Under the pieces are notes generated by a model. It did no database searches. It was not told the origin of the DNA and saw nothing but the letters and a program-made list of their open reading frames with translations. The position numbers and the translations under genes were made by a program. Of a stretch of 57,717 nucleotides of DNA, positions 1 to 10,690 are shown in pieces (positions within the stretch are counted from its first letter, which is position 1; each line of letters starts with the position of its first letter). This stretch comes from an uncultured Spirochaetota bacterium (GTDB lineage: Bacteria > Spirochaetota > Spirochaetia > SZUA-6 > Fen-1364). The stretch is taken from the NCBI GenBank assembly GCA_963745235.1, contig CAVUXE010000008.1:1-57717 (forward strand), written 5' to 3'.

Positions 1-880
1 TGTTGAAGAACCGCAGCGCCTCGTCGGCGGTCTGCCGGTGGAGCCAGCGCGCGATTGGCACGAGAAGCAGCGCGACGCCTGCGGCGGTCGCCCCGGCAAA
101 GTAGAACAGGGCTCGCGGCATGGGAACCACAGTGGGAAAGAGCAGGCTGAGGACGACCACGGCCGAAACGAAAGCAAAGGAAATCCACGAGGCCGCCTTC
201 TGGCCATGCCGTACCGGGACAGTCTTGATGCCGAGGTGACGGTCCTCCTCGAGATCGCTCCAGTCGTTGGGAATGTTCCTGCCGCCGATTTCCCAGGTGA
301 AGGCCCAGGCAAAGAACACGAGCACCATGGCGATGCTCGGAGCGGCGTTTACCGCCCAGACGCCTGCCAGGCCGCCTACGCCTACCATCAGTCCCGAGAG
401 CAGCCCTTTCCAGTAGCTCACGCGCAGGAGCTTGCAGTAGACCGTTTCGAGGATGAACGCCCCCGCCAGCAGGAACGCGCAGCTTGGCCGCAGAAGGAAC
501 GCAAGGACAAGGGAAAGGAGGCCCCAGAACGCCACCCAGGCGACCCCCGCCCCATAGCTGAGGCTGTCCTGGGCGAGGGGGTGACGCTGCCCCATGGAAT
601 CGAGATCGAAGGTTGCGCGGTCGGATCGATATTTCACCATCTTCTCGCGATCTACCTTCACATCGATGACGTCGTTGAGCGCAAAGACCGAGGTGTAGCC
701 GGCGAAGCCGGCGACCAGCCCGAGGATGATCGTGCGAGTCGACGGCGGGCCTCCGAGGAGCACGGCAGCCAGCGCGCCGCCCACCGCGGGATGAGCCACG
801 TCGAGAACGGAATGTGTCATCCTCGAAAGCCCGAAGAACTGCTTGATTCCTATGACTTGGCGTACCTGCGCGGCGTCCAT
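1..880 (-). CDS. UbiA-family prenyltransferase (3' end runs off window)
   Basis: Manual translation from ATG at 880 (RBS GGAGG): MDAAQVRQVIGIKQFFGLSRMTHSVLD...FALNDVIDVKVD...RHPL...NIPNDWSDLEEDRHLGIKTVPV. Contains both UbiA Asp-rich motifs and multiple TM segments. Absent from the ORF track because it has no stop inside the window. Confidence 0.85.
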   Translation of the reverse strand, partial: MDAAQVRQVIGIKQFFGLSRMTHSVLDVAHPAVGGALAAVLLGGPPSTRTIILGLVAGFAGYTSVFALNDVIDVKVDREKMVKYRSDRATFDLDSMGQRHPLAQDSLSYGAGVAWVAFWGLLSLVLAFLLRPSCAFLLAGAFILETVYCKLLRVSYWKGLLSGLMVGVGGLAGVWAVNAAPSIAMVLVFFAWAFTWEIGGRNIPNDWSDLEEDRHLGIKTVPVRHGQKAASWISFAFVSAVVVLSLLFPTVVPMPRALFYFAGATAAGVALLLVPIARWLHRQTADEALRFFN

Positions 881-965
881 GCAATCCTCCTCTCTTTTGC
901 CCTCGCGCTGATTGCGCGGGCGTCGTTGACAGCGCCCGGCCGCTTGGAGTGGGCACCGCCCACCT

Positions 966-1350
966 GCGTGCGCGGAACGCCCCGTAGCGGCACGGGTCCC
1001 TGCCGAATGTGGGGCGCATCAACAGGAACGTGGGGACTTCCCGCAGGGACTTGATTAAGCCCGGCAGGCCGAAACGCAGCAGCCCCTCGGGTCGAAGGAT
1101 CCCTGGTCCAGTCGGCCGTGCCCACGCCTCCTTCGACCCGCCTCGTGGCATCCAGCAGCTCGGAGAAGCCCTCGACACTGGCGAACGCAGGATGCGACCA
1201 CTGGTCGAGAAGCTGCCGCATCACGGGCTTTTCCCGGAAGTTCAAGGGGACCGCGCGTCCCTCTGGTTCCAATCCGCGAGCATCAGGATCCCCCAGGCTT
1301 GAGCACCCATGTCAGCTCTCCGGCAAAGACTGCCTTGTCGGGCTTGTGGG
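966..1350 (-). pseudogene. C-terminal remnant of cyanobacterial-type MPBQ/MSBQ (prenylquinol) methyltransferase
   Basis: Pieces in different frames: HKPDKAVFAGELTWVLKPGG / ILMLADWNQRDAR / LNFREKPVMRQLLDQWSHPAFASVEGFSELL / GLLRFGLPGLIKSLREVPTFLLMR. These match my recollection of this family's C-terminal half. The N-terminal SAM-binding motif is missing. Confidence 0.65.
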
Positions 1351-1882
1351 GTCCGAACGATTGGTAACTGCATGCGGTTGAGAGATATAGGACGACACCG
1401 ATGGCGAGCAGCACCGCAAGAACGTAGATCACGATGAGACGCGCACTCACGAGGCGGGCACCTCGGTCCTGCCTGGAACGGTTTCATGGCCCGCCGTGGC
1501 CCATCTCGAACAGGCAAGAGGAATGTCTGGTCGCCACTGCATGAGGGCCCCATTCTACTGCCACGGAACATCACGTCAAGGCGACAAGGTTTCCTGTTCC
1601 CGACGTGCCGGGGAAAACGAAAGAGGAGGTCAGCAGAGGATAGCACACAAAGCAGGCACAACGCGATGTACCACTTTGCGGTCCTCTCGTAGAGAGTTTC
1701 GTTTGCCTCATCATACACGGTGAGGCCACGAGGCGCAGCGCTTCCATAGCATCACTACATTTATGATTCTCGGATCTCGCTCTCTCCCAGATGCGGCGCT
1801 CGTTTCGGACGGCACTCATTAACGCATAACATAAATTGCCGCTCATCCCCGCTAGCCATATCATTACGGAAGTGAGGTTACC

Positions 1883-2800
1883 ATGAACAAGCTCGCCTCC
1901 CTCTTGATGTCGGCGCGACCGTGGTCCTTTTTTCTCAGCCTCGCCTCCGTGACCACCGGTTCGGTCGTCGCCTATGCCGCCGGTAGCTTTCACCTCGGCC
2001 GATTCATCGTGGTGGAGATCGGGGGGGTGGTCATGCACGCGGGAATCAATCTGCTCAACGACTACTTCGACTTCAAGCATGGCGTGGACGACGCGAACGT
2101 CGCGACGAGCCAGTATCGCGCTCACCCGCTCGTCGAGGGGACGATGAAGCCGGGCCAGATTCTTGCCGTAGCTGGTGTCTGCTACGCACTGGCGATTGCT
2201 GCCGCTGCATACATGGCGGCTGTGGTCGGCTGGCCGCTTGCGGTCATAATGGCAGCGGGGGTGCTTATCAGTTACTTCTACACCGGCGAACCGGTGAACT
2301 TCAAAAGGCGCGGGCTCGGTGAGCTTTCGATGTTCATCGCAACGGGTCCCCTTATGGTGACCGGAGCCTATTTCGTACAGACCGGTTCGTGGGACAACAT
2401 CGGCAGAGTGGTGCTCATCTCGATTCCGGTGGGGATGTGGTGGTCGCTCATCCTTTCGGCCAACAACCTCAAGGATATCGATACCGACCGCAATACGCTC
2501 GGCAGAACCGTCGCGAGCATGCTCGGTCGCCGGGGGGCGGTTCTTTTCTTTGCCTCTCTCGCGGCAGTTGTCTACGGCGGGACGCTCCTCGATATCCTAC
2601 TCGGGGTGATGCCGGTGTGGGCCGTCGCTGTTTATGTAACCCTTCCGCGCATTATTGCGCTCGTCCGGCTCTTCTGGACCGTCGATCGGATCCCTCCGAA
2701 CGCCGATCCCATGACCGCACGGGTCGAGATCGTCTACAGTCTGCTGCTTGTCGCCTCGTTCGTGCTCAACCGATGGGTGCCGCTCAATCTCTCGCTTTGA
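1883..2800 (+). CDS. menA: 1,4-dihydroxy-2-naphthoate prenyltransferase (MenA-like, UbiA superfamily)
   Basis: ARPWSF N-terminus, NLLNDYFDFKHGVDD, YTGEP..FKRRGLGE, NNLKDIDTD; multi-TM. Confidence 0.8.
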   Translation: MNKLASLLMSARPWSFFLSLASVTTGSVVAYAAGSFHLGRFIVVEIGGVVMHAGINLLNDYFDFKHGVDDANVATSQYRAHPLVEGTMKPGQILAVAGVCYALAIAAAAYMAAVVGWPLAVIMAAGVLISYFYTGEPVNFKRRGLGELSMFIATGPLMVTGAYFVQTGSWDNIGRVVLISIPVGMWWSLILSANNLKDIDTDRNTLGRTVASMLGRRGAVLFFASLAAVVYGGTLLDILLGVMPVWAVAVYVTLPRIIALVRLFWTVDRIPPNADPMTARVEIVYSLLLVASFVLNRWVPLNLSL

Positions 2801-3095
2801 TGCCGGCGTGGACATAGGCGATGCCTTCGGAAAGTCGTACGATCTCGATCCGGCCGAGCCCGACTGACCTCATGAACTTCGCGAGCGCCTCCTGGTCGAG
2901 GAACGCGTTGATCAACGAGTAGAGGTAGGCGTAGGCGAGCTCCCAACCGAAGACGAGCTCGATGCGATCCGAAAGTCCGGCCCGTGCCACCTTTTCGTGC
3001 CCGCGCGCAAGCATCTCGCTTACGAGGTCGACGCCGCTCACCCTGCCGTCCCGGCAGGCCAGCGCAAACGCTATTGCAAGGTCGACGGTGCCGTT
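2784..3095 (-). pseudogene. UbiE/MenG methyltransferase remnant with internal deletion
   Basis: GTVDLAIA...VSGVDLVSEMLARGHEK...RIELV joined directly to the C-terminal AYAYLYSLINAF...LSEGIAYVHAG; the middle and N-terminus are absent. Confidence 0.6.
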
Positions 3096-3252
3096 GCGAT
3101 GTCGGCTACGCGGCTTCCAGGCGCCAGATTCGCCATGCGTACTAAGCGCGTCCTCCATGCCCGATCTATATTGAAACTGAAGAGATGGTTGAGAAGATCG
3201 TAGGCCGCACCACGCGGGAAAACATGTCGTGCACATCGATCGATTGGAGATG

Positions 3253-3909
3253 CTACGTTCCGACGGGGAGCAACACAAAGATCGTGGTCGCCCAGAGCGC
3301 GTGCGATATGACGGTAGGCGCGATGTTGCCCTCACGATAGTAGATCAATCCCCACGTTGAGCCTGCGGCGAAGGCGGCGATGATGAGCGCCGGGTTCAGC
3401 GTCACGACATGCACGAGCGTGTAGAAACCTGCCGTCGCAAAGAAGGCCGGCAAGCGGCCGTAGCGTTCGCCGAGCGTGCGCTGGACGAAGCGGCGCCAGT
3501 AGATCTCTTCTGCCGGACTCGTGACGAAGAGAAGCAGCAGCGCAACGGCCCAGTGAGGCAGAGCGCGTCCGGTCGCGTAAACGGAAGCCACCATGCTGTG
3601 CGATTTCGGCACGAGGAGCGGCAGCAGGATGTTGCCGGCGTAGAAGATGCCGTAAAGGAGGGCAGCCGAGCCTATGCCGATGAGCAGGTGGCGCGGGCGG
3701 AAAGCGCGGAAGTCTTTCCGCCGCGGCACGATCTGCGTGAGGGAAATTGCCGCAAGAATCGGTGTTGCCACTGCCATCTTGACCCAGAAGATGCCCTTGG
3801 GAAAATCAAAGACGATATACCAGAGTACAATCGCCACGACAAGCGATGCTGCGAGCGCCGCCAGGCGCCGGCGGGATTCCTTCTGCGAAACAGCCCTCCG
3901 GTCGGTCAT
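3253..3909 (-). CDS. CPBP/Abi (CAAX protease-like) intramembrane metalloprotease
   Basis: PAEEIYWRRFVQ, FYTLVH, ISHALW motifs; hydrophobic. Confidence 0.85.
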   Translation of the reverse strand: MTDRRAVSQKESRRRLAALAASLVVAIVLWYIVFDFPKGIFWVKMAVATPILAAISLTQIVPRRKDFRAFRPRHLLIGIGSAALLYGIFYAGNILLPLLVPKSHSMVASVYATGRALPHWAVALLLLFVTSPAEEIYWRRFVQRTLGERYGRLPAFFATAGFYTLVHVVTLNPALIIAAFAAGSTWGLIYYREGNIAPTVISHALWATTIFVLLPVGT

Positions 3910-4919
3910 AGCGCCAGAACGATCTTCCCTCTGTGCAGCCCCGCTTCAAGTTTCCTGTGCGCGTCGGCCACCTCCGAGATCGGCATCACGCTGTCAATGA
4001 GCGGAACCACGCGCCGCTCCGCGACCAGCCGGATGACCGCCGCCATGTCGGCTTTCGTTCCGAGAAAGAGGCCCTGGACGCTCCGATGGTGATAGTAGGT
4101 CAGGTGGATGTTGATTTCGGCGCTTCCTCCGCCCAGAATCCCGCACGCGAGCAGCCGCCCGCCGTTGGTGAGCATGGCAAGGCTCCGTTCGAATGTGGCG
4201 CCCCCAACTGGATCTAGCACAAAGTCAACGCCACCGTCTGTCTCGTTCGCCACCCGCGCAAGAACATCGTCCGTCCGTCTGTCGACCACGACATCTGCGC
4301 CTAGGGCGCGAAGCGCGGCGAGCCGATCGTCCGATCCGGCAGCGGCTATTGTGCGCGCTCCCGCGTCCCGGGCGATCTGCAAAGCCATCGATCCGAGGAT
4401 TCCGGCGCCGCCCCAGATAAAAACCGTATCGCCGCGCCTGATAGATCCAACCGTCCGGAGCGCGTGATAAGCCGTGAGCCCGGCGACCGGAAGAGAAACA
4501 GCCTCTTCGAAGGTAACCGAATCGGGAAGCGGAAATATATTCTCCTTCGGCACCGCGACAAACTCCGCGTATCCGCCTTTCACGTGCAGTCCGATGCTTC
4601 GCCAGGTAAGGCAGAGGTTGGTGTGCCCGGCCCTACAGGCGGAGCAGTTGCCGCACGAGAGGAGGGGGTATACAACAACACGTTCGCCGCTTTCTAAAAG
4701 CGTTCCGGCGATATCAGCGCCGCAGATGTGCGGCAACGGTGTTTCGAGGCCCGGATACCCGTTCCTCACCAGAATGTCCATCCGATTGACGCCGGTCGCA
4801 GCGACCCGCACAAGGACTTCCTCCTTGCCGGGCACAGTCGATGGAACGGGATCAGGAAAGTCGCTTGCCAGCTTGAACACCTCCGGCCCGCCGTAGGAGG
4901 CAATGGTCATTGCCCGCAT
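3906..4919 (-). CDS. Zn-binding MDR-family alcohol dehydrogenase / quinone oxidoreductase
   Basis: CGNCSACRAGHTNLC structural Zn site, GGYAEFV, GGAGILG, GKIVL C-terminus; start MRAMTI after GGAGGG. Confidence 0.85.
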   Translation of the reverse strand: MRAMTIASYGGPEVFKLASDFPDPVPSTVPGKEEVLVRVAATGVNRMDILVRNGYPGLETPLPHICGADIAGTLLESGERVVVYPLLSCGNCSACRAGHTNLCLTWRSIGLHVKGGYAEFVAVPKENIFPLPDSVTFEEAVSLPVAGLTAYHALRTVGSIRRGDTVFIWGGAGILGSMALQIARDAGARTIAAAGSDDRLAALRALGADVVVDRRTDDVLARVANETDGGVDFVLDPVGGATFERSLAMLTNGGRLLACGILGGGSAEINIHLTYYHHRSVQGLFLGTKADMAAVIRLVAERRVVPLIDSVMPISEVADAHRKLEAGLHRGKIVLAL

Positions 4920-5060
4920 TATACCCTCCACCTCACTCCTTAGTAGGTCATCCGTCGGAAAAGAACGCATGCCGACTGCCGAAGTACGCAGGTCTGGTCG
5001 GAAAAGTCCAGCTCACCCCTGTGGTAGAGGTAGCACAAGGGGAAGTCAGGTGGACTGAGG

Positions 5061-5913
5061 CTACGGCAGTTTCACTGTCGCGGACATGTCCTTCCGAGCA
5101 GCCATTCCAAGCACGAGGTCCAGGAATGAAAGCATCTTTTCCTTGTACACCGAATCCCCAATACTCGTGAGCGCATTCCGCGCACGCCCTGCAACCTCGG
5201 TCGCGCGTTCGAGGGTAAACCCGTCCACTTCGTCGACCTCATCGTCCACGTAGTCGTCGACGAGTTGATAGGCTACCCCTACATTCATCCCGTATTCCGT
5301 CATCGCGCGGACCGAGTCAGGGTCGCCTCCCGCCACCATCGCTCCAGTCCGCGCCGATGCCGACATCAAGGATGCGGTCTTCAATCGTACCAACGTCAAG
5401 TAGGTGTCGAAATCGACCTTCTCCCCAGAATGCATCAAGTTGATGAGCTCCCCATGACACATCCCTTCGGTTGCAAGGGCTATCGGCTCGATCACCTCCT
5501 TTGGCAGGTAGTGAGCCATGAGGTAAAAGGCTTTCGAAAAAAGCGCGTCTCCGGCAAGCAAAGCGATGTGATTCGTGTAAACGGCGTTGAGCGTCGGGAG
5601 CTGGCGTCTGAGCGCGCTCCCGTCAAGAATATCGTCATGAACCAGGCTGGCGTTGTGGACGAGCTCTATCGCAGTGGCAAGTTGAATGAGAGTTTCGTGA
5701 GTCTCCTCGTCATCGTGATTGCTCACAGCGCCGGCGGAGAGAAGCGCCATTGCCGGACGAAGTAGCTTACCTCTTGCTCTGAAGATGTAGGCGACGATCT
5801 TGTTGACAACGCGATTCGTCGTTTGGATTTCTCTGCGAATATTGCGCTGAACGCGCGACAGGTCACGCAGAATCGGCTCGTAGACCCGTTCGATGCTGCT
5901 ATTCCCTAGGCAT
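5061..5913 (-). CDS. polyprenyl diphosphate synthase (1-nt indel just after start)
   Basis: GKLLRP, LVHDDILD...RR, LKTA, QLVDDYVD. The frame stays open upstream of the track ORF to about 5905; ATG at 5913 needs removal of one G from AGGG. Confidence 0.85.
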
Positions 5914-6044
5914 CTAGTTGCACTCTTTGTCGACTTTTTGTCCGATATTTCCCAGATGACCTCAAGGCCATCCTTACTCCCGAGCTGAACGCTCTTGCAC
6001 TATCCATTCCGCACTCCTCCGCTGGGGTGTCAGTACCTATTCCG

Positions 6045-6264
6045 CGGCGCCCAGCTTCGCAACCTGGCAGTACAGGACATTACCCCGTCAGACCCGCCTC
6101 GTAACAGACCTTCCCCGTGGCTGTCGGTCTCAGCTTACCTACAAACTAGGCACACTCTCCTCACAGTCAGTCGGCGCGCCGGTCTTGATGTTCACGCCGC
6201 GACCATTGCGGTAGCAGGTGCCGTATCGGATGGAGAGGTCCGAACTCCGGGGACGATCCCTAAC
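6045..6264. mobile_element. IS110-family transposase remnants in opposite orientations
   Basis: + strand 6181-6264 GLDVHAATIAVA...GEVRTPGTIPN; - strand 6136-6045 KLRPTATGKVCYEAGLT...VLYCQVAKLG. Confidence 0.6.
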
Positions 6265-6374
6265 CCCGTCATTCGCGATCGGGGCGGTCACAGCGTTGAG
6301 GCTACAAGGAAAGCTGCAACATCAGCCGGCCGATTGGAACGCAGAACGCCGAAATATTCGGACTGACATAGCCA

Positions 6375-7724
6375 CTACCCGTGGCTGAGACTAGGCATTT
6401 CCGAGATGACGTAGTTGCCGTCTGAATCCTTCGACTCAGGCTCATTGAACATCAACATGACCTCTGCAGTCAGCTTGCAAAAACTGTTGAAGGTATAGGT
6501 AACCGATGGGGTAACTTCCAAGATCGGATCTGTGTTAGAGAAAATCTGGGCATACGTCCCAGTCTTCCAAGTACCTTGGAACCCCGAATCGGGGAGAACC
6601 GCCGCCAAGCGTACCGCCCATGTCCAGGTCGGGTCTTGGAGCGAAGCCGTCAGCTCGGCGCCGTAGATATTCAACGCGTACCAGGTTCCCTCTACCACGG
6701 GCACGCCGAAGACTGTACCGGTATCGCCGGCCTGAACGGTGTCGCCGAAGTGTCCCATTGCGACCTGCCCGCTAAGGGCAAAAGTCTTTCCGATCAGAGG
6801 GGCCCGCACCTGGAAGTCAAGGTCCAGCTGATAATACAAACCGCTCACAGCTTGTCCGCTCCCCGCGAGGCCCATGTATGGGTTGAAAACCGACGAAAGA
6901 AGAAGGTTCCCACTATAATCTTGGTTGTAGAGAAAGGTCCCTACTTCGCTTCCCATCTCGCTGAAGAGATCCCCATGGCCGGCGTTGCTGTCGGCAGCGA
7001 CGAAGCCGTTGAGGTGAATAGCGTATTGGAGATTATCCACTTTCGCAAACCCGGTTTGCCTCTGATGGAACGGGTCGTCCGAAATGCCATTCGAGTAGCC
7101 GACCCTCAGTAACATTGGCAGCGGCAGATGCAGCTGTTCGGGAAGAAATCGCTGAGGCAGGTTTGGGGCACCCTGAACGAGACCGAGGACGCCATCAAGA
7201 CCGCCAAAGTGACCAACAAGGGCAAGGCCCATTTCATAGCCTGAGTTGAAGAAGAGGTTGAAATTGGGAGACTTTTCCGCGAAAAGCATGTACGAATCAT
7301 CAGTCGCGCTTTCCAGGTTGGTTGGGTCTTTGAACTGCCCCACTTTAAGGTACATTGCATTTCCTATCAGGGGAATGTCCACGTAAGCGTCCGTCAGATC
7401 CAATACACCATTATTGGCGAAAAAACCCGAGTACGAGGCGTTTGCCTGGGCCGTACCTCCGTAGGTAGTCGATAGCCGCCAGTCGAAACCCTTATAGGCT
7501 CCGCTTATGTACAGTTGATCCGCAGTGTTCCATAAGTAAACCCTAGTTTGATTGCCGACGGTGTCATCGGACACATATTCCGTTTCGCCCATGGCTTGGA
7601 TGAGGCCTCCGACTGACACTTGAAGGTCGTCGGTATTCACTACTGGCACCGCGTGTGCTTGAGCTACGGACACGAGGCCCAAAAAGACCGTAAGCAGACT
7701 CGCCCATTTCATCATGCTTTTCAT
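6375..7724 (-). CDS. outer-membrane porin-like beta-barrel (OprO/P-like), possibly 3'-truncated
   Basis: Signal peptide (AQAHA), LTDAYVD...LKVGQFK motif, alternating beta-strand pattern; no typical terminal aromatic residue. Confidence 0.6.
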   Translation of the reverse strand: MKSMMKWASLLTVFLGLVSVAQAHAVPVVNTDDLQVSVGGLIQAMGETEYVSDDTVGNQTRVYLWNTADQLYISGAYKGFDWRLSTTYGGTAQANASYSGFFANNGVLDLTDAYVDIPLIGNAMYLKVGQFKDPTNLESATDDSYMLFAEKSPNFNLFFNSGYEMGLALVGHFGGLDGVLGLVQGAPNLPQRFLPEQLHLPLPMLLRVGYSNGISDDPFHQRQTGFAKVDNLQYAIHLNGFVAADSNAGHGDLFSEMGSEVGTFLYNQDYSGNLLLSSVFNPYMGLAGSGQAVSGLYYQLDLDFQVRAPLIGKTFALSGQVAMGHFGDTVQAGDTGTVFGVPVVEGTWYALNIYGAELTASLQDPTWTWAVRLAAVLPDSGFQGTWKTGTYAQIFSNTDPILEVTPSVTYTFNSFCKLTAEVMLMFNEPESKDSDGNYVISEMPSLSHG

Positions 7725-8383
7725 TGGTCACCTCCTCCAGACGTATTAGAACTTGGTTTTGCTGACAGCGATAGATCCCATCGAACAGTTACTTTGTTAT
7801 CCGTGTGCACAACGAAAAATATCGTCCGCGGCTTTATGCCGAAATCGGTCATGAGAAGATCTTCTGTCCCTGTAATTCTTAAGGTGTTGTCATTAATATC
7901 GAAAATAGCAGAGACGCTTACTGGATTTTCCTTTCCTGCAACTGTAAGGCTACCTTGAGCAGAGATGTTGTAACGGCCGGCCACCGAAGGATCGGGAGTC
8001 GCCGTGGCGCTGGCCAACGAAAAAACGATGTCCGGATTCTGCTTGTATTTTAGGTCGTCCCAGAGATTGCGGTCAAAATTCGAACCTTCTCCAGGATTTT
8101 TGAGAGATTGAACCGGAACATCGAAGATAAAATTCCCGGAGATCAGAGCAATCAACGTATCGATATCCGGAATAGTGGGCGAGTCCGCAGTGAATGTGCT
8201 GGTTTTCAGGGTGAAGGTGGACGTTACGCTTTCCCACGTATGCAGCGTTGAGTTTCCGTCTAGCCATAGATGGCCGCCACTGTTAATTGATAGGATGTAA
8301 CTTCCGCTGTCTGCGTATACCGGCAGAGAGAAAGAAACAAGACCCACTATCAGTAGTGTGCTGCCCATCAGTTTTCGAAACAT
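7721..8383 (-). CDS. YceI-family (polyisoprenoid/lipid-binding) exported protein
   Basis: Signal peptide, GNSTLHTW, VPVQSL...DRNL...P.I.F, GSLTVAG, MTDFGIKP; overlaps the porin start (ATGA). Confidence 0.8.
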   Translation of the reverse strand: MFRKLMGSTLLIVGLVSFSLPVYADSGSYILSINSGGHLWLDGNSTLHTWESVTSTFTLKTSTFTADSPTIPDIDTLIALISGNFIFDVPVQSLKNPGEGSNFDRNLWDDLKYKQNPDIVFSLASATATPDPSVAGRYNISAQGSLTVAGKENPVSVSAIFDINDNTLRITGTEDLLMTDFGIKPRTIFFVVHTDNKVTVRWDLSLSAKPSSNTSGGGDQ

Positions 8384-8654
8384 TCCCTTTCCCTCCGATC
8401 ATCAATAGTGCGATTTTCAGCTCGCGTGCAGACCTCCGGCGGCCATAAGCACAAGTTTGGCTCGAGTGACCAAGGCATACGGAAGTGATCTTGATTGGGC
8501 GAGGCTACTCAACTGCAGGAGATCCTTTTCGGCAAGTACAAATCAGCTGCTTGGGTCCGCCTTTTGCCATTTGCTCATCTCCATGATGCAAGATGAGTCC
8601 AAAATACAGAAAGCGCTATATTTATTCAAGTTTTCGTTTTGGGGAAACAAACAA

Positions 8655-8785
8655 ACGGTGATTCCGAGCAATACCTATCCCAGAAGGAGTCGATGATAAA
8701 CTCACGAATGATGAAGATTCTCAAGTCCTATGAGCAAGGGGAGTGGACCTCCACGAAGAAGTTGGCCGCGGAACGGAAACTGTTC
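8655..8785 (+). pseudogene. toxin-antitoxin remnant (end of BrnT-like toxin + start of antitoxin)
   Basis: TVIPS-like toxin end followed by AAGGAG and ...ILKSYEQGEWTS, resembling CopG-like antitoxin N-termini. Confidence 0.35.
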
Positions 8786-9012
8786 TCCCTTCGTACTATT
8801 ACGCCCTGTCTTTTTGCTGCTGTTAGCCGCGCAGTCACTTCAACAAGAATGCAAGCAAGCCCACACTTGCTTCGCTTCCAGAAGCTGTTCATGCTCCAAG
8901 GCAGCCCATTCTAATTGGAATTTCGCAGTAGACAAGAAACCACTTATGAGTAGGACTCTTCGGACCGACCGGCTACCCTCCTATGTGGTCACCAGGTGCA
9001 CATCCATTGCCA

Positions 9013-9686
9013 CTACTGGTGCTGCACCTTGATATTGAACATGCCGTCCTGGAGCGCGCCCCACAATCGCGCCCACAGGGCAAAGTACATCTCGGGACCG
9101 CGGGCCGAGGAGATATCTCCCAGGTCCAGGATGTCCGACCAGCCGAAGGATCTCAAGATCTCCCCTACCCTGGCCTTCGCGTCCTTATCGTTTCCCGCCA
9201 CGAAGATTGTATGATCACCCCCTTTGACCGCGCGTGGGTTTACCATGACATTCGCCGTGATGGTGTTGAGGCTCTTGACGACTTTCAAGTTGGGAAAAGC
9301 ATTCTGGATACTTTCAGCGACACAACGCGTCTGGCTCGCCAGCAGGGCGGGAGGTCTCCCCGTGCTGAAATCCAACTCATTTGCCGTGTCGATCAGGACC
9401 TTCGGACCCACGTTGCCGGCCCCCGCAAGGCGGAGAGCTTCTACCGATGCCTGCCGTTGGTGGCGTTAATAAGAAGCTCTCCGTGAGCGGCAGCTTCTTT
9501 GAACGTTCCGACTTTCGCCTTCTGCTTCACCATGGTCAGCCATTCGTTGAGCGTCCCGGCCATATTCTTTTTTTCGTCCAGCTTGCCCGGATCCCTGGTG
9601 CCGAGCACCACGTCATGCCCAAGCTCCACGAGCTTTTCTCCCAGGGTTTGCGCGACGACTCCCGATCCGATAATTCCGATTTTCAT
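9013..9686 (-). CDS. NADPH-dependent F420 reductase-like oxidoreductase (frameshift near 9445)
   Basis: MKIGIIGSGVVA...GHDVVLGTRDP joined to KVLIDTAN...VVKSLNT...AGND..AK...DLGDISSAR. Confidence 0.8.
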
Positions 9687-9929
9687 GACAGCCCTCCTGT
9701 TCTCCCGCAGGCAACGAACACGAGGGAATTTCGATCAAGGACTGCCGGAAGGCAAGCCCGGAGGACCTCCCCTTTCGGACAGGTGTGGTGCACAGATCGT
9801 TTCGGCGCTACAGGCCAATCCGAGTCACGTTGTTCGGCTCCTATGCGCGCGGAGACTACAACGCCGCGAGTGATCTCAACATTTTCATGGTTGTCCCTGA
9901 AGCAGCGGACCGTCCAGCTCTTCGCCATG

Positions 9930-10546
9930 ACCCGTGATAGAAGACAATCCGTTCGCAGATGTTGCCCACCCGATCCGCAGAGCGCTCGAGGTTGTGCGCT
10001 ACCCAGGTGAGTCGGTTGGCCTGGTCAGTGGTCTGTGGGTCGCTGATCATGATTGTGATGAGCTCGCGGTAGGTCTGCTCGTACAGCGAGTCGACCTCCA
10101 TATCTTCCGGCGGGATGCCGCGCGCCTCCTCGACATCCTGGCGCATGAAGGAGTCCAACGCTCGGTGCAGCATGTCGCATTGCCTTGTCGGCCATGCGGG
10201 GAATAGCCTCCAGAGGCTTGATCAGGGGCTTCTCGCCGAGGGCCAGAGTGACGTTGGCGATTCCCTTGGCGTAGTCGGCGATACGCTCCAACTCCGTGGC
10301 GATCTCGAAGATCGCAGCCAACGTGCGCAGGTCCCCGGCCATCGGTTGCTGGGTGGCGATGAGGGTGAGGGTGTCGTCCTCGATGGCGTAGCGCTTCTCG
10401 TTGATGAGGCGGTCATCGACTATGAGGCTGTGCGCCTTGGCCGTGTCCCTCTCCTTGAGCGCCCGCACGCTCTCGGCCATGGCCCTCAGGGCCAAGATCT
10501 CATCCTTCAGCCGCTGTAGCTCGTGTTCGAACTTTTCGCGTGGCAT
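9930..10546 (-). pseudogene. phoU: PhoU phosphate-uptake regulator, degenerate/frameshifted
   Basis: LIATQQPMAGDLR, ELERIADYAKGIA, NLERSADRVGNICERIVF; frameshift near 10180, short deletion in helix 1, ragged C-terminus. Confidence 0.75.
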
Positions 10547-10690
10547 CGTTCACCTTCTCGCTTGTACCTTGTGCCTGCTCGCATCCTAAAACAAAACTTA
10601 CTGTTTTTGCGCGCGTCGCGGTCTAGTTGGATTTTCTGTTCTAAATAATCGCCTCTTATCGAGAGTGCGTGAAACAAGGGGCAGCCATGG

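Noticed and set aside
38-1054. 338-aa + strand ORF
   Set aside because: Antisense shadow of the UbiA gene on the - strand; no protein motifs
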